A stretch of 64,000 bases of DNA from Saprospiraceae bacterium (GCA_044230315.1 JBGARJ010000016.1:14271-78270), one strand, 5' to 3'. Counted from the first letter of the stretch, positions 1-8,786 are shown. The notes: generated from the sequence alone by a model not told the origin. Made by a program: numbers and translations.

Positions 1-1
1 T

Positions 2-127
2 GCGGTGCCGATCGTGAACGACAAACACGAACTACTGGGTATTGTGACCACCTATGACGTGCTGCGGTATGAGTACGGGAAAGAATACCCCAATGACCTC
101 AACCGGTTTATCCCCGACAATATGTGA
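2..127 (+). CDS. C-terminal fragment of a CBS-domain protein (5' end lies outside the window)
   Basis: The frame is open from the window edge: AVPIVNDKHELLGIVTTYDVLRYEYGKEYPNDLNRFIPDNM, with stop TGA at 125-127. The PIV-x-D-x-x-LLGIVT pattern is typical of the end of a CBS motif. Confidence 0.5.
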   Translation, partial: AVPIVNDKHELLGIVTTYDVLRYEYGKEYPNDLNRFIPDNM

Positions 128-231
128 GCCGGCCAGAAACCCCGTAGCGGCGCCTGCTGCGCAACCCCCGAGAACCGGCAAATTGAAACTATTCTGTCCG
201 GCGGCTGTTTTCCTGCCCAAAAAAGGAATTT

Positions 232-738
232 ATGGCCGTCTATACCTTAAAACGGGTGCAACAATTGCCCATACCTCCCGACGAGGCATGGGCATTTTTT
301 TCGGCGCCGGCAAATCTGAAGGAAATCACCCCGGCGCGTATGGGGTTCGACATTTTGTCCGACCCCGCTTTTCTGGGCAAGATGTATCCCGGGCAGATCA
401 TCGCCTACACGGTACGCCCCTTGCTGGGCATTCCGTTGTACTGGATGACGGAAATTACGCATGTGCAGGAAGGCGCCTATTTTGTGGATGAGCAGCGCAG
501 GGGCCCTTATGCCTTGTGGCACCACCAGCATCACTTCAAGCCGGCGCCGGGCGGGGTGGAAATGACCGACCTGGTCCATTATCAATTGCCGCTGGGCTGG
601 CTCGGCCGGTTGGCGCATGGCTTGTTTGTGCGCCGGCAACTCGAACAGATTTTCGACTACCGCCAAAGGGTTCTGGAACAACGGTTTGGGAAAATGCCGG
701 CCCCGGCATTGGTAACGCCTGCTGAACGCGCCGCTTGA
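232..738 (+). CDS. SRPBCC (START/polyketide-cyclase-like) family protein
   Basis: 168-aa ORF with an ATG start. The N-terminus (VYTLKRVQQLPIPPDEAWAFFSAPANLKEITP) and the WHHQHHF segment resemble the COG4276-type SRPBCC family. Recognition is from memory only. Confidence 0.7.
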   Translation: MAVYTLKRVQQLPIPPDEAWAFFSAPANLKEITPARMGFDILSDPAFLGKMYPGQIIAYTVRPLLGIPLYWMTEITHVQEGAYFVDEQRRGPYALWHHQHHFKPAPGGVEMTDLVHYQLPLGWLGRLAHGLFVRRQLEQIFDYRQRVLEQRFGKMPAPALVTPAERAA

Positions 739-784
739 AAAAGACTTGTTAGGGCGGAGGGTTTTACCCCAACCAGTAATAAAT

Positions 785-830
785 ACACAAGCCGGCTGGA
801 AGACTCCCAACCGGCTTGGTGTATTCGTTT
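785..830 (+). terminator. possible intrinsic terminator after the SRPBCC gene
   Basis: Hairpin ACACAAGCCGG (785-795) / CCGGCTTGGTGT (811-822), followed by ATTCGTTTTC. The U tract is weak. Confidence 0.35.
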
Positions 831-1480
831 TCAACATGGAGTGCTGTCTGACGCAGCACAGGATTAGAAAGGTGCACTTTCTGAATTCAGCTGGCCCGGG
901 TCAGGGGTCAGGCTGAATCTGGTTCATTAGCCGCACGCTAAAGGCCGGTTTTTTACTGGCGGATGCCGGACAGGCTCCCGCCAGCGGTTATATTCTGGAT
1001 TTCAGGGCGCGGCTTTAAAAAAGGCTCTTAATAATATTGGGGAACAGGAGTTCTTGGCGCTCCAGGTCTTTAAAGGGCGGAAGGATTCGCTTTATATCGT
1101 GCAGACTAACGGCAATGGTTTTGCAGAACGTCAGCAACAGTTAGATCTTGGTTTCGCGAAGGAATGGGAGGATAATTATCTAGGGCAGGAATGTGCCGGC
1201 GGTCGAGCCGGGCAGGTTTTCTAAATACTGGAAGTGATGACAAAGAACAGCAAGAAGCCCCAAACAGTTTCCAAAAATGGAATTTTGTGTATCGTTTTTT
1301 TAGTAAGTTATTGGAAAGCAACTTTTTAAATTTTGGTTGCACCAAAAAACTTCCACATCTTGATCGCTAAGTTCATCACTGGTACAAAGGTAAACGCAGC
1401 CGGGCCAAGAAAAAAGTTACAAAAAATGACGAAATTAAGCTCTGGCAGGGCGCTTGGGCCATGCAATTCCAGCCATCGTA

Positions 1481-1897
1481 TCAGTCTTTTGCCGTTACCG
1501 TAGTGCTGCTTGCAGGCGTTACCGTGATCTGAATACTGGAATTGTCGACCAGCGCAAATTCAGCGCTGAACGAAAAATTATCCGTGGCGTATTGCAGGAT
1601 GGTTTCATCCGCTACCCGGAAATCATCCAGACTTGCCGTGCCGCAAGTACCGATGGCTTTTACGACCTGCCCGGTCGAATCGTATTCCACTAAAAATTCG
1701 ACGGAACCCACCGTGATCTTAACTTCGCCACTCATGCCCCCACCGGCGCCCCAGCCGAACACGTCGGGCGTGTTGGCAGAAACACTGGCACTGTGGTAGG
1801 TATTGGTAAGGTCGCCGCAGAGTTGGGTATTGCGCGATGTGTCGGTTTGTTCGACCACCACGTCGATGATGATGATACTTTCAAGAGAGGATTCCAT
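1481..1897 (-). CDS. hypothetical 138-aa protein, no recognisable family
   Basis: This is the only sizeable ORF in an otherwise ORF-poor, AT-rich stretch. It has an ATG start, an acidic Thr/Ser/Val-rich beta-type composition and no signal peptide. It is divergent from the 2008 gene. Confidence 0.45.
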   Translation of the reverse strand: MESSLESIIIIDVVVEQTDTSRNTQLCGDLTNTYHSASVSANTPDVFGWGAGGGMSGEVKITVGSVEFLVEYDSTGQVVKAIGTCGTASLDDFRVADETILQYATDNFSFSAEFALVDNSSIQITVTPASSTTVTAKD

Positions 1898-2007
1898 AAG
1901 ATGTCAGATTATGCTTCAAAAATGATCCTACAAATTTCGGGTACCGTCGGAGAATGGTTTAGTTACATTTTTTTCAATTTTACAGCTCGGGAGATAAAAT
2001 AAATCGT

Positions 2008-3528
2008 ATGGTCCATTCGGAATTAGTGGCCATCCTGCGCAGTTTTTCGCAAAAGGAACAGCGCGGGTTGGAGCAGTTTTTACTTTCACCCTACTTCGCA
2101 AAAGGCAAAGACCTGGCCGACGAATTGAAGTTAGCCAGTCATGTTTTCGCTGCGCTGGCTCCGGGTAAACCTTCCGAAAACCTGTTGGAACCCGACCGTG
2201 TTTTTGCGGTCCTGTATCCGGGGCGGGCATTTAACGCGCCGGCGCTCAACAACCTGATCGGTTCGCTGCTCAAGATGGTCCGGCAATTCATTGAAACGGA
2301 AATGTTGTTGGGAGAGACCCGGCCAATCGTCAAGCGCACCCTTCAGGTCAATTTTTTTTTGCAAAAAGAGGCTTTCGACTTGTGTCAAAAATATTTGAAA
2401 CGCCTGGAGGAGGAACGAAGGGCCAATTGCGCCAGGGATGAACATGATTATTTAGCAGATTGGCAGGCCGAAGAGGCCAAAACAATGTTTTTGGGCTTGC
2501 AATCGCAGGTAACCGGCGACTTTAACCTGAAGGGAAGCCTCCGGGCGCTGGAAGATTTCTACCTCATCAGACGCCTGACAACCCTGACCACACTCTTCAA
2601 CCTCAATCACCTCACCCCCATCCTGAGTTTCGAGGAACGCGAAAATTTCATCCAGGATATCGATGCCTGGCGTGGGTCGGCCATTTTCCAACATCCCGTG
2701 GTCCAGTTGAGCCGGATGGTGCTGCAGATTTTTCACTACGAAGGGAAGCAGGCCGAAGCGATATTTCAAGCCTACATGGACCTGCTGGCCAGGCATGAAA
2801 AGGAATTGTCGCTTTACTACCTGGAGCGCCTGGAGTCTTTCGCCTACAATTTTTGTGCGCGCCGCTTCCAGCAGGAAGTTTACAAAAAATTTCTGTTCGA
2901 ACTGTTCAAACGCCGTACCCATCCCGACCGGCTTGACCGGGTAACCAGTTTTCAGGCCAATGAATTTCTCAGCCTGGTCAAACTCGGGATTCTGTGGAAA
3001 GAGTTCGATTGGGTTGCCGGTTTTTTGGAACGGTATCGCACCGGTATCGTAGGCATTCAGCCTTCCGAAGTGTATTACCAGTTCAATTTGGCGCTGTATC
3101 ATTTCGCTACCGGGCGGTATGATGCAGCGCGCGACATTGTGGTTCGCCAGGATAATTTTCACGAGTCGCACTACAAGTATTTTTCCAAAGCCCTGGAAAT
3201 CAAATGTTTTTACGAAACGGAAAAGCCGGGCGACACCTTGGTGGACGGCAAACTGCAAACGTTGAAAGTCATGCTCTCCCGCGAGTCGAAAATGACCCCC
3301 GATAAAGTAAAGCGGTACAAGAACTTTGTCAATTTGCTGCTGCAGATCAACCGGCAGCGCCAAAACGCCAAACCGGACGCGATACGCCTGCAGAAGATCG
3401 GGAAAAGCCTTCAGGACAAAAAAAATACCGCTGAATGGGGATGGCTGCTGGAGAAATTAAAAGAATTGGGGTGGGCGCCTCCGGGGGCCGACCAGGAGTC
3501 CGGTTCTACGGATCTCATCAAAGATTGA
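2008..3528 (+). CDS. hypothetical helical-repeat (TPR-like) protein, paralogue of 24636..26024
   Basis: 506-aa ORF. The N-terminus MVHSELVAILRSFSQKEQRGLEQFLLSPYF is colinear residue for residue with VSENKLFSIFNSLSGVEKRECANFLRSPYF of the second copy. The similar C-terminal part (YY-FNLA-LY-F...Y--A) is TPR-like. Confidence 0.8.
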   Translation: MVHSELVAILRSFSQKEQRGLEQFLLSPYFAKGKDLADELKLASHVFAALAPGKPSENLLEPDRVFAVLYPGRAFNAPALNNLIGSLLKMVRQFIETEMLLGETRPIVKRTLQVNFFLQKEAFDLCQKYLKRLEEERRANCARDEHDYLADWQAEEAKTMFLGLQSQVTGDFNLKGSLRALEDFYLIRRLTTLTTLFNLNHLTPILSFEERENFIQDIDAWRGSAIFQHPVVQLSRMVLQIFHYEGKQAEAIFQAYMDLLARHEKELSLYYLERLESFAYNFCARRFQQEVYKKFLFELFKRRTHPDRLDRVTSFQANEFLSLVKLGILWKEFDWVAGFLERYRTGIVGIQPSEVYYQFNLALYHFATGRYDAARDIVVRQDNFHESHYKYFSKALEIKCFYETEKPGDTLVDGKLQTLKVMLSRESKMTPDKVKRYKNFVNLLLQINRQRQNAKPDAIRLQKIGKSLQDKKNTAEWGWLLEKLKELGWAPPGADQESGSTDLIKD

Positions 3529-3543
3529 AGCCGCTCCGCTGAC

Positions 3544-4143
3544 TTAATGCCCCGGGCCGGACTCCCATAATGCCTGTAACAGCGCAGGCGGTATGGGCCG
3601 CACCTCGCCGGGAGCCATGTCGCCCAGCTGCAGTCCGCCTATTTTTATCCGCACCAAGCGCAGTACGGGATACCCTACGGCCGCGCACATGCGCCGTACC
3701 TGCCGGTTTTTCCCTTCCGTGAGGGTGATCTCCAGCCACCGGTCGGGCACGGTCTTCCGGAAACGAACCGGCGGATGCCGTTCGGGCAGTTCCGGCGGGG
3801 TGTCCAGCAACCGGACGACCGCCGGTTGGGTGCGGTAGGTTTTGCCTTCCACCCGAATTTCAACCCCCTCCGCCAGCCGTTTCAGGGCGATGGAGTCGGG
3901 TACGCCTTCCACTTGCGCCAGATAGCTGCGGGCATGGGCGAATTTCGGGTGGAGTAATTTGGCATTCAGCGATTTATCATTGGTCAACAACAACAACCCT
4001 TCACTGTCGGCGTCGAGCCGGCCTACCGGGTACACATCCTTGTTGAACGCAAAACCGAGATCAGCCAGTGTGTGCTGGCCGGGCGCCTCGCGGGTGAATT
4101 GCGAAAGCATGCCAAAGGGTTTGTACAACGCGAAATAGTCCAT
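3544..4143 (-). CDS. pseudouridine synthase, RsuA/RluE family
   Basis: Motifs YPVGRLDADSEGLLLLTND (catalytic Asp) and LTEGKNRQVRRM. I place the start at the ATG of MDYFALYKP (4141-4143) rather than the ORF-track start at 4227, which would overlap the upstream gene. Confidence 0.85.
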   Translation of the reverse strand: MDYFALYKPFGMLSQFTREAPGQHTLADLGFAFNKDVYPVGRLDADSEGLLLLTNDKSLNAKLLHPKFAHARSYLAQVEGVPDSIALKRLAEGVEIRVEGKTYRTQPAVVRLLDTPPELPERHPPVRFRKTVPDRWLEITLTEGKNRQVRRMCAAVGYPVLRLVRIKIGGLQLGDMAPGEVRPIPPALLQALWESGPGH

Positions 4144-4220
4144 GCGCACCGAAATTGGGGCAAAGGTGGCTGATCTTGCCCGGACCGGCAACGCATCCGG
4201 TAGTTTTCCTGGTCGCGCAC

Positions 4221-5315
4221 TCAACAAGCGGGGCCCATCCCGTCCGGTATTTTCCGGTGGGCCAGTTGCTGCATGACGGTATGTTGATGCGCGATGCTTT
4301 CCTGGTGTACGGCCGACAGGAATTTTTCGACAAAGCCATCGCTCAGACCGCGTGCCTGGCCCAGCGCGAACGCTTTTTCGAGTACTTCCGTCCAGCGCGC
4401 CGTTTGCAGGATGGCTATGTTGTTGCGGTGTTTATACCGGCCGATGTCTTCCGACAGCCGCATTCGCCGGGCGAGCAAATTGAGCAATTCAACGTCGACC
4501 TCGTCGATCTTATGGCGCAGGTTGTCGAGGTTGCCGGGGAAGTCGGCGTGGTCGGCGCTTTCCCGCCGGAGGATGAGTTGGGCGGTCAATTCCTGGAACG
4601 CAAGCGGGGTGATCTGTTGTTTCGCATCGCTCCAGGCTTCGTCGGGGGTGCCATGCACTTCGGTCATGAGGCCGTCGTAATTGAGATCGAGCGCCTGTTG
4701 CGCCACCTCGAGCAGGTCGTGGCGGTTGCCGCAAATGTGGCTGTTGTCGCACAGCAGGGGCAAATCGGGCATCCGCCGCCGCAGTTCGATGGGGATTTCC
4801 CAGTAGGGGGCATTCCGGAAAGTCGATTTTGCATAGGCCGAAAAGCCGCGGTGCACGGCGCCGGCCCGCGTGACGCCGGCGTTGCGGATGCGTTCGATGG
4901 CGCCGATCCAAAGGTCCAGGTCGGGGTTCACCGGATTTTTGATCAGCACCGGCGCATCCACGCCGCGCAATGCATCGGCGATCTCCTGCACGGCAAACGG
5001 GTTCACCGTGGTGCGCGCGCCGATCCACAGCACATCGATGCCAAATTTCAGGGCCTCGTACACCTGGTTGGCGTTGGCCACTTCGATCGTGGTGCGCAGG
5101 CCGGTTTCGGCTTTCACCCGGCGCAACCAGGGCAGGGCTGTTGCGCCATGACCTTCAAAAGCGCCGGGCCGGGTGCGGGGTTTCCAGACGCCGGCACGAA
5201 ACAGGTCGATGCCGCAGCCGGCCAGTTGGTGTGCCGTGTTCAGCACTTGATCTTCGGTTTCGGCCGAACAGGGGCCGGCGATGAGGAAGGGTCGGGAACT
5301 GTGTTTTTGAAACAT
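4221..5315 (-). CDS. bifunctional 3-deoxy-7-phosphoheptulonate (DAHP) synthase / chorismate mutase type II
   Basis: The N-terminal roughly 270 aa is type I-beta DAHP synthase-like (LIAGPCSAE, KPRT-PGAFEG, DNSHICGNR). The C-terminal roughly 90 aa is AroQ chorismate mutase-like (LRHKIDEVDVELLNLLARRMRLSEDIGRYK). Confidence 0.9.
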   Translation of the reverse strand: MFQKHSSRPFLIAGPCSAETEDQVLNTAHQLAGCGIDLFRAGVWKPRTRPGAFEGHGATALPWLRRVKAETGLRTTIEVANANQVYEALKFGIDVLWIGARTTVNPFAVQEIADALRGVDAPVLIKNPVNPDLDLWIGAIERIRNAGVTRAGAVHRGFSAYAKSTFRNAPYWEIPIELRRRMPDLPLLCDNSHICGNRHDLLEVAQQALDLNYDGLMTEVHGTPDEAWSDAKQQITPLAFQELTAQLILRRESADHADFPGNLDNLRHKIDEVDVELLNLLARRMRLSEDIGRYKHRNNIAILQTARWTEVLEKAFALGQARGLSDGFVEKFLSAVHQESIAHQHTVMQQLAHRKIPDGMGPAC

Positions 5316-5378
5316 GCGTGCGTATTTGTTGGATGAAGCAAGTTTTTTGAATCCAGCGATGAAAATCCAGCCCTGTGC

Positions 5379-6224
5379 TCAGCCGTCGATAATGCGGCGG
5401 ATACCATTGGCGTGGCGGATGAGTTGATCGAAGGTTTCAAAGTCGCGTTTGATGAGCAGGGTGCGAAAGCGGCTAACGGTATTGATGAACTCGTCGAGCA
5501 CATCGAGCACGTTGTCGCGGTTCTCCCGGAATATGGGTATCCAGGTGTCCGGGTTGCTCTTGGCCAGCCGAACCGTGCTGCTGAAGCCGCCGCTGGCCAG
5601 TTGAAAGATCCGGTCTTCGGCGCGTTCCTTTTCCAGCACCGTCAGGGCCAGGGCAAAGGATGCGATGTGGGAAATATGGCTGACATAGGCCACATGCAGG
5701 TCGTGGTCGCGGCCATCCATGTGAATGACCGACATGCCCAGCGATTCGAACAGTGCCCGGGCGGCCGCCAGGGCATCGACTGCGCTGTGTTCGACATCGC
5801 ACAACACGCAGCATTTGCCCTCAAACAACCGGGCTACGGCCGCGCCGGGGCCCGAGTATTCGGTGCCGGCCATCGGGTGCGCGGCTACAAAGCGGTTGCG
5901 CCGGGGATGGTTCGCCACGGCGTCGAGCAAAGCGCCTTTGGTAGAGCCCACATCGAGCACGGTTTGGCGGTCGCCGATCCGGTTCAAGATGTCGGGCACG
6001 AGAGCCGTCAGGCTATCTACCGGCGTAGCCACGAGGATGAGCTCGCTCTGCAGGATAGCGGCCTCCAGCGGCAGCACCTCGTCTACCAAACCCAAGGCCA
6101 GCGCCTGGCTGGCATGGTCCGTGTTTTTATCCACCCCCAGCAAGCGCGTGGCGAAGTGGTTTTCCCGGAGGGCGATGGCGATTGAACCGCCGATCAAACC
6201 CAGTCCTGTTATGGTGATCGTCAT
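5379..6224 (-). CDS. tyrA: prephenate dehydrogenase
   Basis: Rossmann motif ITITGLGLIGGSIA at the proposed ATG (6222-6224), followed by AHPMAGTE. The longer ORF-track N-terminus is Arg/Pro-rich and overlaps the upstream gene. Confidence 0.85.
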   Translation of the reverse strand: MTITITGLGLIGGSIAIALRENHFATRLLGVDKNTDHASQALALGLVDEVLPLEAAILQSELILVATPVDSLTALVPDILNRIGDRQTVLDVGSTKGALLDAVANHPRRNRFVAAHPMAGTEYSGPGAAVARLFEGKCCVLCDVEHSAVDALAAARALFESLGMSVIHMDGRDHDLHVAYVSHISHIASFALALTVLEKERAEDRIFQLASGGFSSTVRLAKSNPDTWIPIFRENRDNVLDVLDEFINTVSRFRTLLIKRDFETFDQLIRHANGIRRIIDG

Positions 6225-6247
6225 CTTTTTGCTTTTGAAAATGGATG

Positions 6248-7441
6248 TCAGAATCGGGATAGCGAAAGGGCCTGCGAAGCAGCCGGCAGGTTTGCTTTTA
6301 TGCGCCGGTATGCTTCTTCCAGGGTGTCGGCGGGGCTGCACAAGGAAATCCGGATATACGGATCTCCCGCCGGGCCGAAAATGCCGCCGGGTGTGAGAAA
6401 AACGCCGGTCTCGTACAACAGCCGGTCGCTGAGCGCGTACCCGTTTTCGGCGGATTCCGGTATGCGCGCCCAAACGAACATGCCTTGCTGCCGGCGCTCA
6501 TAGGTACAGTCCAGCAGGTCGAGCAGGGCAAAGGCATGCGCCTGCCGTGCACCGTAGGTGGTATTCAGATCGCGGTACCAGGTATCCGGAAGTTGCAGCG
6601 CCTGCACGGCCGCCATTTGAATGGGGAGAAACTGGCCGGAATCCATATTGCTTTTGAACCGGAGGATGGCCTGCAGGTGTTCCGGATGCCCCGTCGCCAC
6701 ACCGACGCGCCAGCCGGCGAGGTTGTGCGATTTACTGAGCGAGTTGAGCTCCAGGGCCGTGTCGCGGGCGCCCGGGGCGCTCCAGATACTCAGGGGCCGG
6801 TCGTTGAGGATGAAACTGTAGGGATTGTCGTTGACGATCAGGATATCGTGTTTCAGCCCGAAATCGACAACCCCTTGGAAAAACGCCGGCGAAGCCGCTG
6901 CGCCGGAAGGCATGTGCGGGTAGTTAATCCACATGATCTTTACGGGCTGCAGGTCAGTCTTTTCCAGGGCATTGAGATCGGGCAGCCAGCCGCCGGCTGC
7001 ATCGAGCCGGTAGGTCCGCACAGCGGCTCCGGCCAGCGCCGATGCGGCCCGGTAAGCCGGGTAGCCGGGGTCGGGGACCAACGCGACGTCGCCTGGTTCG
7101 AGAAAGGCCATTGCTACATGCACAATCCCTTCCTTGGAGCCGATCAGCGGCAGAATTTCACCCTCCGGATCGAGCGTTGCCCCGTACCAACGGTAATACC
7201 AGGCCGCCCAGGCATGGCGCAGGGCGGGGATTCCGGCATAGGGCTGGTAAGCGTGCGACGACGGCTCGGCGGCGCTGGAATGCAGGGCGGCAATGACAGC
7301 CGGAGCAGGCGGCAGGTCGGGGCTTCCGATCCCCAGGTTGAGCACGGAAACGCCCGACTGGCGCAATTGGGCGATCTCGCGCAGTTTGGCGGCAAAGTAG
7401 TATTCGGCGATGCCGTCGAGGCGGCGGGCAGGTCGGAACAT
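6248..7441 (-). CDS. class I/II pyridoxal-phosphate-dependent aminotransferase (aromatic/aspartate type)
   Basis: 397 aa with the PLP-lysine motif SLSKSHNLAGWRVG. It is embedded between pheA and tyrA. Confidence 0.85.
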   Translation of the reverse strand: MFRPARRLDGIAEYYFAAKLREIAQLRQSGVSVLNLGIGSPDLPPAPAVIAALHSSAAEPSSHAYQPYAGIPALRHAWAAWYYRWYGATLDPEGEILPLIGSKEGIVHVAMAFLEPGDVALVPDPGYPAYRAASALAGAAVRTYRLDAAGGWLPDLNALEKTDLQPVKIMWINYPHMPSGAAASPAFFQGVVDFGLKHDILIVNDNPYSFILNDRPLSIWSAPGARDTALELNSLSKSHNLAGWRVGVATGHPEHLQAILRFKSNMDSGQFLPIQMAAVQALQLPDTWYRDLNTTYGARQAHAFALLDLLDCTYERRQQGMFVWARIPESAENGYALSDRLLYETGVFLTPGGIFGPAGDPYIRISLCSPADTLEEAYRRIKANLPAASQALSLSRF

Positions 7442-7587
7442 GGCAGTGGCGGTTTTAAAATCAGGTACTGCTGACGAAAAATATTGAATTTGAAAAGGTT
7501 ATGAACGTTTTGGGGGTTTCTGCCGTCATCAAAAAGGTGAAACCCGGGCGGACATTTTAGGTCCGGCTGGAATATCCCCGGAATACG

Positions 7588-8457
7588 CTAAGCCGGTTTG
7601 GCGGAGCGGTAAATGCCAAACACCTTGCAGTCTTCGGTCATCACATCCAGCAGGCGCAGGGCGGTGGGCAATACGGCAGGATTGCGCACCGTAAAATCGA
7701 CCAGGAACAGGTATTCCCCAACGCGGCCGACCAGCGGCACCGACTGGATTTTGGTCAGATTGGCGCTTTGGGCGGCCAGCATGCTCAGGATGCGGCTCAG
7801 GCTGCCCGGTTGATGGGGCAGGGCAAAACTGACCGATACTTTGTCGGCGCCCCGGATGGCTGTCGTTGTTTCCCGGCGTTGCAGGGCCAGAAAACGGGTG
7901 ACGTTGGCGGGGTTCGTCTCGATGCCGGCAGCCAGGGTATTGAGGCCGTAAAGCTCGGCGGCTAAGCTGCTGCCGATCGCGCCGGCGTGCCGGAGTTGAT
8001 GCTCGGCGATATAGGCGGCGCTTTGTGCGGTGTCTTCCGATTCCACCAGGCGGATGCCGGGGTGCGCCCGGAAAAACGCAGAGCACTGCGCCAATGCCAT
8101 CGGATGGGAGTGTACTTCGCGCAGATCGGCCATGCTGGCGCCGGGAAGGGCCAGCAGGTTTTGCCGGATCGGCAACATCAGCTCGCCGGTGATGCACAGG
8201 TCGCTGTTTTGCAGCAGCAGGTAATTGCCGAGGATACTGCCGGCCAGGCTGTTTTCAATGGCCATTACGGCTGCGTCGGACAAGCGGGCATCGGCAGAGG
8301 TGCGCACCAGCTCGTCGAAACTGCGCGCGGGGATCACCTCGATGGCTGCGCCGAACAACTGCCGGGCGGCAATTTCATGAAACGCTCCTCGAACGCCCTG
8401 GATCACAATCCGGGGTTGCAGGTGCGGGCGGGGTGGGGCGGTGGTTGAAGTAAGCAT
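7588..8457 (-). CDS. pheA: prephenate dehydratase with C-terminal ACT domain
   Basis: IVIQGVRGAFHEIAA, NVTRFLAL (TRF motif), and an ACT region SVSFALPHQPGSLSRILSMLAAQSANLTKIQS. Confidence 0.9.
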   Translation of the reverse strand: MLTSTTAPPRPHLQPRIVIQGVRGAFHEIAARQLFGAAIEVIPARSFDELVRTSADARLSDAAVMAIENSLAGSILGNYLLLQNSDLCITGELMLPIRQNLLALPGASMADLREVHSHPMALAQCSAFFRAHPGIRLVESEDTAQSAAYIAEHQLRHAGAIGSSLAAELYGLNTLAAGIETNPANVTRFLALQRRETTTAIRGADKVSVSFALPHQPGSLSRILSMLAAQSANLTKIQSVPLVGRVGEYLFLVDFTVRNPAVLPTALRLLDVMTEDCKVFGIYRSAKPA

Positions 8458-8490
8458 GAGCAGGTGAATTAAAGATGGAGCGATGCGTGA

Positions 8491-8533
8491 ACGGCAAATA
8501 AAAAAGGGGAGATCCTGGAATCAGGAACTCCCC
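8491..8533 (-). terminator. intrinsic terminator (attenuator) between the leader ORF and pheA
   Basis: Minus-strand RNA GGGGAGUUCCUG-AUUC-CAGGAUCUCCCC gives 11 bp with one U.U mismatch, followed by UUUUUUAUUU. It lies 34 nt upstream of the pheA ATG. Confidence 0.6.
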
Positions 8534-8562
8534 TTTCGGTGTCGTTTTTTGTTTTTGGTATC

Positions 8563-8655
8563 TTACACGACTACGCATAGGCTATTCCTGTTTTCTCTTC
8601 CGCAAAAGAAAAAATATCCAAAATAGCCAAAATAATATGCGCGATTGCCAGTCAT
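8563..8655 (-). CDS. aromatic-rich leader peptide (30 codons): MTGNRAYYFGYFGYFFFCGRENRNSLCVVV
   Basis: The ORF runs from ATG at 8653-8655 to TAA at 8563-8565. Nine of 11 consecutive codons are Tyr (4) or Phe (5). It sits between a -7 box and the terminator, upstream of the Phe/Tyr biosynthesis operon. Confidence 0.6.
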   Translation of the reverse strand: MTGNRAYYFGYFGYFFFCGRENRNSLCVVV

Positions 8656-8679
8656 GTGTACTATTGTACTGATACGGTG

Positions 8680-8687
8680 CAAACCTA
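8680..8687 (-). promoter_or_regulatory. putative Bacteroidota -7 promoter box TAGGTTTG for the leader/pheA transcript
   Basis: Matches TAnnTTTG on the minus strand, about 25 nt upstream of the leader ATG. Confidence 0.4.
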
Positions 8688-8752
8688 GCCTTAAAGTTTC
8701 ACTGGTACAAGTGGCGAAGCGATTTTTTTTATCGGGCCGCCGGATTGCTTTA

Positions 8753-8760
8753 TACATTTG
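8753..8760 (+). promoter_or_regulatory. putative -7 promoter box TACATTTG for the fucosidase gene
   Basis: Matches TAnnTTTG, 27 nt upstream of the ATG at 8787. Confidence 0.4.
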
Positions 8761-8786
8761 TCCAAAATCGAACTAAACTTTTAACC

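Noticed and set aside
900-1010. Short resemblances to tmRNA termini (ATTCTGGATT, CTCCCGCCAGC as in E. coli ssrA from memory) and to the SRP RNA GGUCAGG motif.
   Set aside because: There is no T-arm (GGTTCRANYCC) and no acceptor pairing. There is no tag-peptide reading frame, and no GGAAGCAGC/GNRA apical motif. The matches are 7-11 nt and were selected post hoc.
6225-6473. Extended N-termini offered by the ORF track for tyrA (6473). The same applies to the pseudouridine synthase (4227), fucosidase (8745), TlpA (13320), TatA (15059), hemolysin (29380), DUF2723 (51916), CYTH (55081) and polyprenyl synthase (26915) genes.
   Set aside because: The extensions are Arg/Pro-rich or overlap neighbouring genes. 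Internal ATGs coincide with signal peptides or the first conserved motif.
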